Shown: piece by piece, positions 1-7,958 of the stretch
Layout of the letters: each line of letters starts with the position of its first letter
How positions within the stretch are numbered: position 1 is the stretch's first letter
Source of the DNA: Chthonomonadaceae bacterium
Lineage (GTDB): Bacteria > Armatimonadota > Chthonomonadetes > Chthonomonadales > Chthonomonadaceae
Assembly: GCA_035650735.1 (NCBI GenBank)
Contig: DASRGZ010000191.1
Span: 62,001 to 83,206, forward strand
Length of the DNA stretch: 21,206 nt
Reading direction: 5' to 3'
Made by a program: the position numbers and the translations under genes
Notes under the pieces: generated by a model
What the model was told of the DNA's origin: nothing
Seen by the model: the letters and a program-made list of their open reading frames with translations, nothing else
Databases searched by the model: none

Positions 1-1
1 G

Positions 2-379
2 GCCTTCCCGGAAGGCTGTCCGACCCACCCGGCCTATGGCGCCGGCCATGCGACGGTGGCAGGAGCGTGCGTGACCATTCTTAAAGCCTGGTTCGACGAG
101 AGTTATATCCTGCCCGACCCCGTTGCGCCCAACGCCGACGGCACGGCGCTGGTTCCCATCCAGGCCGCTTTGACCGTCGGTGGCGAGTTGAACAAATTGG
201 CAGCCAACGTTGCCATCGGGCGCAACGGAGCCGGGGTTCACTGGCGAAGCGACTATGCCCAGTCCATCCTGCTGGGCCAGCGGGTCGCGCTGGGACTGCT
301 GCGCGAGGCCAAACCCTGCTATAATGAGCCTTTCTCCCTGACGCTAACGACCTTTGACGGCACGTTGGTGACGATCTAA
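2..379 (+). CDS. Vanadium-dependent haloperoxidase / PAP2 superfamily, C-terminal part (5' truncated by window edge)
   Basis: Frame is open from base 2: AFPEGCPTHPAYGAGHATVAGACVTILKAWFD...TVGGELNKLAANVAIGRNGAGVHWRSD. This matches the HPxYxxGH and R-x5-H vanadate-binding motifs of Corallina/cyanobacterial-type bromoperoxidases. Stop TAA at 377-379. Confidence 0.88.
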   Translation, partial: AFPEGCPTHPAYGAGHATVAGACVTILKAWFDESYILPDPVAPNADGTALVPIQAALTVGGELNKLAANVAIGRNGAGVHWRSDYAQSILLGQRVALGLLREAKPCYNEPFSLTLTTFDGTLVTI

Positions 380-559
380 AGCCGCTCCTCCACAACCTTT
401 TCTATCTACCTCCACGCGCGGCAACGATTGCAGGAGAGTAAGTTAGTGGTCCGCCCCAGGATATGCTGCCTGCGGCCATAGCCAGGTGGGGAGAACAGTT
501 TGCCACGTGTCATCACGTCCGGTTCCTCCCTGTCTGCGCGCCTTAAAACCTGCTCGCTT

Positions 560-700
560 CGCAGGAATACCGTTGTCGGTAAGGGCCGCAAGGCCTGCGC
601 AGTCTACTTTGGCGGCGCAACTAAGGTTCTCTGGCAATACTTAAAGGAAGAGATGCGCCAGGAGGAGGACCCGCTATTCCTCGCCGACCAAGACCTCACG
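560..700 (+). pseudogene. Probable remnant of a tyrosine recombinase/integrase catalytic domain
   Basis: Segment of ORF 500..844 reads TVVGKGRKACAVYFGGATKVLWQYLKEEMRQEEDPLFLAD, resembling the XerC/D-type 'V.GKG.K.R.V....LxxYL.....PLF' region. The catalytic R box and the HxxR/Y box are not recognisable. Boundaries approximate. Confidence 0.55.
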
Positions 701-809
701 GGAGCCATAGGGAGAATAATCCAGGTTAGACCCAGCGTAGCGAAACCAAGACAGCAACAAGCCTCCGGGTTCTGGCCAGGAGGCTCTCGCAGAAGATACT
801 CGGAAAGAC

Positions 810-1130
810 TTACGGACCGGATTGGGTCTTCGATGTCGTGGTAGAGGAGGATGCACCGGAGTTGCTCGTTCCCGTATTGGAGCCGGCCGATCCTGTGCCA
901 GTTGCTCCTGTGCCAGTTGCTCCTGTGCCTGCCGCTCCCGAGCTTGTCGTGTTTGTAGTCGTGGAAGTCGAGGACGAGCTGGAAGGACTACTGCTAGGCG
1001 GGGTCGTGACATGGACGTTGGTAGTGGATGGCGGGGTGGTCGGCTGTACGTTGGTCTCCGAGGTGCATCCGGCAAGGCCGACCAGGCCAAGCGTGATGGC
1101 GATACCGAGAAGATTCCATCTGTTTTTCAT
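810..1130 (-). CDS. Small lipoprotein with low-complexity Thr/Ser/Gly tail (106 aa)
   Basis: ATG at 1130 preceded by AGGAG. Signal peptide MKNRWNLLGIAITLGLVG followed by lipobox LAG-C. Mature part is T/S/P/G-rich. Confidence 0.8.
   Translation of the reverse strand: MKNRWNLLGIAITLGLVGLAGCTSETNVQPTTPPSTTNVHVTTPPSSSPSSSSSTSTTTNTTSSGAAGTGATGTGATGTGSAGSNTGTSNSGASSSTTTSKTQSGP
891..929. repeat. 15-bp coding tandem repeat (TCCTGTGCCAGTTGC, about 2.6 copies) encoding GTGAT repeats in the lipoprotein
   Basis: Copies at 891-905 and 906-920, partial copy at 921-929. Confidence 0.9.
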
Positions 1131-1300
1131 CGCAGTTGGCTCCTGTATGGTGTCTCGAAAGTCGGACCGGCAGGGGTCGCTTTCCCGAAGGTCGAGGAAT
1201 CTCCTTGCCTCGTTGCCGGGATGCCCAAACGCTCTCGTCCGTCTTAGCCTATCCAACCGTTCCGAAGGTCTCTGTACTTCGGCGAGCGGTCGCAGCGATG

Positions 1301-1327
1301 AGACGTGAAGTGGGCCGCTATTGTTCC
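1301..1327 (-). promoter_or_regulatory. Putative ECF-sigma promoter for the lipoprotein gene
   Basis: Minus strand reads GGAAC-N17-CGTCT, an ECF-type -35/-10 arrangement, about 170 nt upstream of the ATG at 1130. Confidence 0.4.
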
Positions 1328-1583
1328 TGCGCTATTCCTTTGAAGTCACCTAAGACGCGGCCCTTACTGGAATCGATTGATAGAGAGCTATCGCGCCGAG
1401 AAGCGCTCTACCCTCCCCCTTGAGGGCACGCGAAATGCCGAAGTGACTGCGATACCGAGGCATTCTTGCAGGAACTCCCTATCCAGCGTCGAAGCATCGT
1501 TTTGAGTTTTCCAAACTTCGGAGATGAAGAACCTGCCTGCCGTCAACCTCTTAAAGAGGCTCCTTTCAGGTTAGACATTTTCC

Positions 1584-2837
1584 TTACGGGAACGTCTTGA
1601 GCAACGTTCGCGCACGGTCCAAACGCCCTGCAAAGAGCAGTTGCGCTATGGCGGCAAGCCGGGCGCGCATCGCCGGACGGTCCTGGAACTGTTTTTGCAG
1701 GCGATAGAGCTGGACCGGAAGCCGCAGGTCCTTTGCGGTGTAGGGAAAGGAAGCGCTCATATACTTTCGCCGAAGGCGCTGCGTCGTTTCCAAGTCACGA
1801 TAGCCGAACTCGACCGACGGCTCGATCATCGTGCCCTCGCCCCAGTCGTTCCATGTCGCCAGTTGGATCACCGCAGCGCGGCTTTGCAGTGCTTTGGTAA
1901 GCGTCTCTGCGTAGGTCTTGCCTTCCCGGTCCGCGATATAGCCCAGCGATTTCTGGACGCCGGCCTCCGCATAGATGTCATGGAAGCGCGGATAGGCCGT
2001 CGGAATAAACTGCGGCCACGCCTTTGCGCGTGTATAGAAGCTATTTAGTTCCACGAAGCTTTTCTCGGTTCCTCCCTCCGGCACAGGCCAGCCGAAGCCG
2101 CCGATAGCCGGGGCGCGTCTATCCAACTCGGTAAAGAGATCCGGCGGCTGCGGCAAGGGCGCAAATATCCGCTTCCAATCCTCCGCCTGATAGTACCCGC
2201 CGCCGAATACCAGCAAGACAGGACGACCGTCTTGTTTCAGGTACGTCGGGGAAACAAACCAGTTTGCCTGCATCCACGCCAGCAGCTTTTGTCCATGCGC
2301 GACGGCTTCGCTTGCCGGAAACAGGTGGCCTGCAATCAGTTTCGGCACGGTCTGGTCCTCGTAACAGATAGCCAAATGCAGTCCCGCGCGCCTGAGGACT
2401 TGAATGAGGTGCTGCGTGTTGCGATGAATAAGGCCGTAGTCCAGCAGGTTATCGTTGCCGTACCAGTCAATTATCGCGCCATCAATGCCCGCGAACTTCA
2501 TCAGGAGCGCATGGCATTCCAGCAGGTCGGAGTCATTGGAGTCATACAAGCCGAGAAGAGGATAGTAGTGAGAAGCGACCTCGCGCCGTCCCGCCGCCTG
2601 GTGCTCTGGCCGGAAGTGGTTCATGGTCCAGTGCCATCCCCATTGATGGCGTTCGGGCGCGGCCTCGAACCAGGGCATATAGTGCGCCATGAGGAAGCGC
2701 GTGTTCCGAGAGGGCTTTGCAGTGGCGATATCCGGCTGCCGCGCGTGCGCTACGTTCGCGGCCTTCACGGCGCAAGAGGGCAAGTGCGCCCACGCCAGCA
2801 GAAGCAGGGAGAGGACAAGATTTGGGGACAAGGACAT
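1584..2837 (-). CDS. Secreted glycoside hydrolase, GH99/GH71-like (endo-alpha-mannosidase-like TIM barrel)
   Basis: N-terminal hydrophobic signal. Motifs AHYMPWF, YYPLLGLYDSND, AGIDGAIIDWYG and QLATWNDWGEGTMIEP. Confidence 0.8.
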   Translation of the reverse strand: MSLSPNLVLSLLLLAWAHLPSCAVKAANVAHARQPDIATAKPSRNTRFLMAHYMPWFEAAPERHQWGWHWTMNHFRPEHQAAGRREVASHYYPLLGLYDSNDSDLLECHALLMKFAGIDGAIIDWYGNDNLLDYGLIHRNTQHLIQVLRRAGLHLAICYEDQTVPKLIAGHLFPASEAVAHGQKLLAWMQANWFVSPTYLKQDGRPVLLVFGGGYYQAEDWKRIFAPLPQPPDLFTELDRRAPAIGGFGWPVPEGGTEKSFVELNSFYTRAKAWPQFIPTAYPRFHDIYAEAGVQKSLGYIADREGKTYAETLTKALQSRAAVIQLATWNDWGEGTMIEPSVEFGYRDLETTQRLRRKYMSASFPYTAKDLRLPVQLYRLQKQFQDRPAMRARLAAIAQLLFAGRLDRARTLLKTFP

Positions 2838-2861
2838 GCCGGCGTAACCCTATCTACAAGT

Positions 2862-3875
2862 CTATTCATCGGCGCTGGGCGATAGCAGGCACTCGCGGCG
2901 GCGCTCGCGAATGCACTGCATGACTTCCACCGATTGCCGGGCGCTGCGCAGGTCGCCTTCGGGCCGCGCGCCGTTGCGAATGGCATCAAAAAAGGCGGTG
3001 TTCTCAGCGTAGAATCCGTTCGCCTCAAACGGAAAGCCGCCTTCGGAGGCGATTTCGCCCGCTATGTCCAGCACGCGAACGTTCTTCTCTATTCGCTCCA
3101 GCCTGCCGGGAATATCGAGCGAGCCTGGTATCGGCAGGTAGAGGTAGAATGTATTGCCCTCCGTATAGACGCTGGCCCGCTCAACCACGTCCCCGGCCAC
3201 CGGACAGAAGCTCAGGTGCGCGGTGGCCCCGGAGACGAACGTGGCGTCCAGGAAGATGTTGGCGACCGTCGGCCCGAAACGCGGCAAGTCCTGGTAATGA
3301 AACTCGATCTGTTCGTAGTCACTGCCCGCCAGGAACCTAACTGTATCCACGCCATGAACGGCGGTCGTGGAGAAATCCGGATCGGCGCGGCCCATGCGCG
3401 TCATCTCATAACGGATGTGCTGGATCGACTCCGGCGAGAACGATTCCGCCAGCAGGCGCTTGAGATGGACAAGCAGGGGCGTATGACGGCGGTTGAAGGC
3501 AACCTGGTTTGGCGCGCTGCCGGCATCGGCGGCGGCGATCATCCGGTCGGTCTCGGCGACGGTCAGGCCCGGCGGCTTCTCCATCAGCAGCGGATAGCCC
3601 CGCTCCAGAATCCGGCAGGCCAGATCACAGGTCGCCTCTACCGGCACGACCAGGCAGACGGCATGCGGCTGCTCCGCTTCCAGCATCGCGTCCAGGTCGG
3701 TATAGTAGCGCGCAAAGCCAAAGCGGTCTCGGAAGGCGACCGCCCGCGCCGCCTCCAGGTCGCAACAGGCGGCAAGCTCGGTATCAGGATGGGTGGCGGC
3801 ATATCGGGCGTAGGCGGGGCCGTGCGCCGCCGTCGCCATGCTGCCACAGCCGACCGTACAGATTTTAAAGGGCAT
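2862..3875 (-). CDS. Gfo/Idh/MocA family NAD(P)-dependent oxidoreductase
   Basis: Rossmann VGCGSMA, MEKPP, AFNRR, AVHGVD. AAGGAAG RBS upstream. Confidence 0.92.
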   Translation of the reverse strand: MPFKICTVGCGSMATAAHGPAYARYAATHPDTELAACCDLEAARAVAFRDRFGFARYYTDLDAMLEAEQPHAVCLVVPVEATCDLACRILERGYPLLMEKPPGLTVAETDRMIAAADAGSAPNQVAFNRRHTPLLVHLKRLLAESFSPESIQHIRYEMTRMGRADPDFSTTAVHGVDTVRFLAGSDYEQIEFHYQDLPRFGPTVANIFLDATFVSGATAHLSFCPVAGDVVERASVYTEGNTFYLYLPIPGSLDIPGRLERIEKNVRVLDIAGEIASEGGFPFEANGFYAENTAFFDAIRNGARPEGDLRSARQSVEVMQCIRERRRECLLSPSADE

Positions 3876-4082
3876 TCTTCCTTCCTTTTACGGATAGGAA
3901 CGCTGGTATCTGCTGGTATCTCATGTTTGGCGGGCCGGTGAGAACAAGCCCCGTATAGGGCACACTGGCTTCCAATGCCAGAAGTAGAAGGAAGACTCCA
4001 GAAGGGGTGATAGCTTGGGTATCCTGGGAGCAGGGCTGCCCAAGATACTGAGCAGCCCTGCTTCACAGTGGGTTAAGGACCG

Positions 4083-4541
4083 TTAGCTGCTCCGACTCTG
4101 ATGGAGGGTGTCCGCATCCGAGCGCGGCAGGACGGTCGTCATCTCCGGCGCCTCCTGAGGCGCAACACGCATTGCCGGCTGAGCCAGGAAGCGCTGTTCC
4201 AGCATAAGCTTGCGGTTGACCAGCACATCGGTGTTGAGCCAGCTAATGAACCCGGCCAGCAAGGCTACCCCTGCAATAAATAACCAGATCAACTGATGCG
4301 CCACGATCTGGAGCAAGGCGCGGTCGGTGACCTGATCAGGCGATTCCGACCAGAGGTTGCCTGTGGCGAAGAACTGATTGGCGAACACAAGCGCCGCGCC
4401 TACCGCCATCAGGAAGCAGACCCAATGGGTCAGGCGCGAAACGGCCAGCAGCCGCTGGGTGGAAGGCAAATCATCGGCCATCCCCAGCAGATAAGTTTCC
4501 GCAAGGCCGCGTTGGGCAGGTAGAGTTGTTTCTTGGTTCAT
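4083..4541 (-). CDS. Hypothetical membrane protein with two predicted TM helices
   Basis: Hydrophobic stretches WVCFLMAVGAALVFA and LIWLFIAGVALLAGFISWL. AAAGGA RBS upstream. Confidence 0.7.
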   Translation of the reverse strand: MNQETTLPAQRGLAETYLLGMADDLPSTQRLLAVSRLTHWVCFLMAVGAALVFANQFFATGNLWSESPDQVTDRALLQIVAHQLIWLFIAGVALLAGFISWLNTDVLVNRKLMLEQRFLAQPAMRVAPQEAPEMTTVLPRSDADTLHQSRSS

Positions 4542-4794
4542 AGCTAACCGTCCTTTCTTGGTGCGAAAGACAAGGCGTGCCTAGCTACAAGTTGTAGGGG
4601 AGGGATATGCCTTGCTCCCTTCCCAACGGTTGTCTCCCTACTGCCGCGCATGGCAGCGGCAAACCAACAGCGAAAAGACGGCCCAGGGAACCCAGAAGTT
4701 CACTAGCTTTTAGAGCAAAACGACTCTGACCTGGAGGAGCATTGGCGTGCGGGCTCTGCATACCCCTTTGCAGGAGCAACGCCTTGCACCGGGG

Positions 4795-4889
4795 GCATTC
4801 ACACGAAGAGGGATCGGGCGAAGGCCCAGGAGAAGGTCAGGGACTTCCTAGATGCTGAGCGTTCACGCGAAGAGGGATCGGGCGAAGGC
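4795..4889. repeat. 31-bp direct repeat duplicating the 3' end (including the stop codon) of the TIM-barrel gene
   Basis: 4795-4825 GCATTCACACGAAGAGGGATCGGGCGAAGGC vs 4859-4889 GCGTTCACGCGAAGAGGGATCGGGCGAAGGC: 2 mismatches, 33-bp spacer. Confidence 0.9.
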
Positions 4890-5654
4890 GATGTCTTCGG
4901 CGATGAGGCGATCCACGGCGTGCTCGTCATTGTACTCTGCCGTCAGGCAGACAACGCCGTTATAGTTGCGGCGCTTTAGCTCCGACGCCACGCGCGGCCA
5001 GGAGGCCAGCCCCTGGCGCCCGGTCGTCCAGTAGGGCTGCCAGGCAGCGACTTCCGCCTCTGGGCCGTTGGTTCGCTTCCAGAAGGCGTTCTTCAGGTTG
5101 ACCATGCACAGGTGCGGCCAGACGATATCCAGGGCCAGTTCCGGCTCCTCGCCCTGCAAGGCATTGTGCGCGGCATCCCAGACCGCCGCTACATGCCTGG
5201 GGTCGTACTTGCCGAGCAGGCTGCGCAGCCCCATCGCGTTGCAGACGTCTCGCCCGCAATGGTTCTGGATTCCCAGCGTGACGCCAGCGCGGTCCAGGTC
5301 GGGAACCAGGGCATCAAACTCGCGTTGCAGGCGGGCCTCGCCTTCCTGGTAGGTCTCCTCCCGCCGGATGCTGACACAGATACGGATGATAGGGACTCCC
5401 GCCTCCGCGCAGGCGGATATCGTCTGCGCGTCGGTCGGCCCGGCGATGCTGGCGATCTTGAGGCCGTAATCGGCGAGCAGCCGGGCGGCGCGGGGCAGTT
5501 CCTGCGTCACGTTCTCCGGGTTGACCGGATAGCCGGGCCGCACGGGCAGTTCGATCCCCTCAAAGCCCAGCCCGGAAACGTGCTTGCCCAGGGTAGGCAG
5601 ATCCATCTTCCAGGGCTTGGTGAAAACGGTAAAGGTAACGGCGCTATCGCGCAT
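4863..5654 (-). CDS. Sugar phosphate isomerase/epimerase (xylose-isomerase-like / AP endonuclease 2 TIM barrel)
   Basis: GFEGIEL, LGIQNH, WDAAH, VNLKN and LTAEY at the family's metal-site positions. GGGAGG RBS. Confidence 0.88.
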   Translation of the reverse strand: MRDSAVTFTVFTKPWKMDLPTLGKHVSGLGFEGIELPVRPGYPVNPENVTQELPRAARLLADYGLKIASIAGPTDAQTISACAEAGVPIIRICVSIRREETYQEGEARLQREFDALVPDLDRAGVTLGIQNHCGRDVCNAMGLRSLLGKYDPRHVAAVWDAAHNALQGEEPELALDIVWPHLCMVNLKNAFWKRTNGPEAEVAAWQPYWTTGRQGLASWPRVASELKRRNYNGVVCLTAEYNDEHAVDRLIAEDIAFARSLFA

Positions 5655-5670
5655 GTTTATCCTCCCAGAA

Positions 5671-5702
5671 TAGGGTGCTAGGTTGCTAGGGTTCTAGGTA
5701 CG
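5671..5702. repeat. Imperfect 8-bp intergenic tandem repeat (TAGG-NNNN x4)
   Basis: tagggtgc, taggttgc, tagggttc, taggtacg in succession. Confidence 0.7.
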
Positions 5703-5762
5703 TAAAGGTAGCGGCGCTCTCGCGCTTGCTTAATTCTCCCCTATGCAGGTTTCCTTTGCGGC

Positions 5763-6737
5763 TCACTCGCCGCGCAGCAGGCCCATCGCCAGGATCTTAT
5801 CCGCGACCTCCATCGTTTTGACGGCGTCGGAAAAGCAGGAGGCGGGCTGCCGCCCGGACTTGACCGCCTCGATAAACTCCCGGTTTTTGGCCTGGAAGCC
5901 GCCATAGACATAAAGCTGATCGCTTCCGGCGACCTCGCGGGTATCGTACCAGAGGCCCTGGGTATCGCCGTCGGCGTAGAGGACGCCCTTGCCCTCGTGC
6001 TCGGCCTCCGCGCAGACACAGGGCGCGTGCATCTGGACGCGAAATATGCGCCGCCCGCTAGTCCAGCTATTGAGCATGACGCCGGTAGCCCCGTTATCAA
6101 AGCGCAGCAGGACGGCGAAGAAGTTCACATCGGGAACGCCGATGCGCCGCGTGACACTCTGAATCTCGGCCACCTCGCCCCCGCACATCCACCGCAGCGT
6201 ATCAATGGCGTGGACGCCGTCATCCATCATGTGGTCGCGCGGGCCGAAGCAGGGGGCCGGGCTGCATTTATAGAACTCGCAGACGGCATGGGTGATGGGG
6301 CCGCGCCGAAGGCACTCCTCCCGCAAGCGCACGACCATCGGGCAGGAACGGCGTTGGAAGCTGACCTGCGTGATGCAGCCGTTTTGCTCGGCCAGATGCG
6401 CCAGCGCACGCGCCTGATGCGCCGAAAGGCCCATCGGCTTCTCAATGCAGAGGTTGAGCCTGTTCTCCAGGCACCAGACCCAGATAGGGTACATCGCATC
6501 TGGATTGCCGATGACATAGACGGCGTCGGGCGCGACCTCCTCGGCCATCTTACGGTAATCTGTATAGCGCCGATCCACGCCATACTTATCCGCCGTCGCG
6601 TTCAGGCGGCCCGTATCCAGGTCGCAGATCGCCGCGATCTCCACATCGTCAAACGAGGCCAGGGAGGGATAGTGAACGGCGTTGGCCATGCTCCCCGCGC
6701 CGATCATGGCCACGCGCACTCTTTCCTGGGCTGCCAC
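5763..6737 (-). CDS. Gfo/Idh/MocA family oxidoreductase
   Basis: IGAGSMA, IEKP, SFQRR, DDGVHAID. GTG start with GAGGAG RBS. Confidence 0.92.
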   Translation of the reverse strand: MAAQERVRVAMIGAGSMANAVHYPSLASFDDVEIAAICDLDTGRLNATADKYGVDRRYTDYRKMAEEVAPDAVYVIGNPDAMYPIWVWCLENRLNLCIEKPMGLSAHQARALAHLAEQNGCITQVSFQRRSCPMVVRLREECLRRGPITHAVCEFYKCSPAPCFGPRDHMMDDGVHAIDTLRWMCGGEVAEIQSVTRRIGVPDVNFFAVLLRFDNGATGVMLNSWTSGRRIFRVQMHAPCVCAEAEHEGKGVLYADGDTQGLWYDTREVAGSDQLYVYGGFQAKNREFIEAVKSGRQPASCFSDAVKTMEVADKILAMGLLRGE

Positions 6738-6796
6738 AGTCAGGTTCTCCTCTCTTGGCTAGGGTATAGGGGCCAGACGGCCATTGGAGGCGAGGG

Positions 6797-7660
6797 CTAC
6801 TCGTTGAGGCGTTCGCCATAGAGGTAGCGATTGCGTACCTTGCGGTAGAATGTGGCGTGACCGAGGACGATGAGGCGGGTGGCATAGTCAGCGCGCTGGA
6901 CGATCACGCGGTCACCGCTCTCCAGGAAGAAGGGGTCCACGCCATCTACCGCAAAGATGACCTCCCCGCCGTTTAGCTCGATCTCGATCTCAATCACCTC
7001 GTCACACGGCAAGACCATCGGGCGGGCGCTCAGCGTGTGCGGGCAGATCGGGACCATGACCAGGGCCTGCACCGTCGGCTCGACCAGCGGCCCGCCCGCC
7101 GAGAGTGAGTAGGCTGTGGAGCCGGTCGGCGTGGAGACGATCAGGCCGTCCGCCGGATAGGTGGCAAAGGGCGCGCCCCGTAGGCTGGTCTTGAGCCGCA
7201 GCAGGTGCGACATCCCGCTTTTGACCAGCGCCTCGTTCAAGCCGACGCCGCTGTGGACGCGCTGGCCGCCCCGCCAGACCTCGGCGCGCACCATCATGCG
7301 CTCCTCGATCTCCATTTGGCCGTCGAGGATCGTTTCCAGGGTCTGGAAGAGGTCGCTTGGGTGGGCCTCGGCAATGAAGCCGAACTGGCCCATGTGGGCG
7401 CCCAGGATCGGAATGCCGATGGGCGCGGCCATGCGCGCCGCCGCCAGGATGGTGCCATCACCGCCGAGGGTAATGATAAACCGCACCTGTTTGAGGTCGC
7501 TGATGCGGCACCCAGCCACCGATTGCCCCATCCTGAGCGCGCTCTCGCTGTCCAGGCAGACGGAGATGCCGCGCTCCTGGAGCCAGGCGATCACCTGTTG
7601 GGCGAACTGCGCCGCCTCTCTGCTGGTTCGATGGACGACGATCCCGACGCTGCTTCCCAT
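6797..7660 (-). CDS. nadK: NAD(+) kinase
   Basis: LGGDGT, NE motif and DGLIVSTPTGSTAYSLSAGGP signature. Start placed at MGSSVGIV (7660), giving 287 aa. Confidence 0.95.
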   Translation of the reverse strand: MGSSVGIVVHRTSREAAQFAQQVIAWLQERGISVCLDSESALRMGQSVAGCRISDLKQVRFIITLGGDGTILAAARMAAPIGIPILGAHMGQFGFIAEAHPSDLFQTLETILDGQMEIEERMMVRAEVWRGGQRVHSGVGLNEALVKSGMSHLLRLKTSLRGAPFATYPADGLIVSTPTGSTAYSLSAGGPLVEPTVQALVMVPICPHTLSARPMVLPCDEVIEIEIELNGGEVIFAVDGVDPFFLESGDRVIVQRADYATRLIVLGHATFYRKVRNRYLYGERLNE

Positions 7661-7958
7661 GCTCTGCCGCCTTTGCTGCGTTCCCGGCCTCCGCGTTCCA
7701 CTCCTTGCCGCCGGGCAAGCCCACAACGCATCGCGGGTCTTGAACGCTATATTACCCGGCAGAAGACGCAAATCCTGCGAGAAGAGGCGCAGCTTTGCCA
7801 TCGAACCCATTCTTGAGGAGGTACGGGCGCCACTCAAGGCGAAAGAGGAAGCAAAATGAGGAGACAGGGCCATCAGGCCACGCAGCAAAGGACTCTACCA
7901 TCGCAAAAGAGACTGGTAAGACACTGAGGCGGCACGATGTTTAGAAAGGAGGAAGCAC

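Noticed and set aside
822..1247. Cys-rich ORF (SCASCSCASCSCAC), metallothionein-like
   Set aside because: It is the antisense reading of the lipoprotein's GTGAT repeat; the minus frame has an RBS and a lipobox.
4655..4700. c-di-GMP-I riboswitch-like GGCAAACC...GAAA
   Set aside because: Pairing and the second GCAAA stem are absent, and it is on the wrong strand for the neighbouring genes. I also saw no such motif in the fliM leader.
4795..4889. Mini CRISPR array (31-bp repeat, 33-bp spacer)
   Set aside because: Only two copies, one of which is the coding 3' end of a gene; no cas genes or leader visible.
7661..7888. N-terminal extension of NAD kinase
   Set aside because: Composition looks non-coding and it occupies the divergent promoter region; the kinase fold begins at MGSSVGIV.
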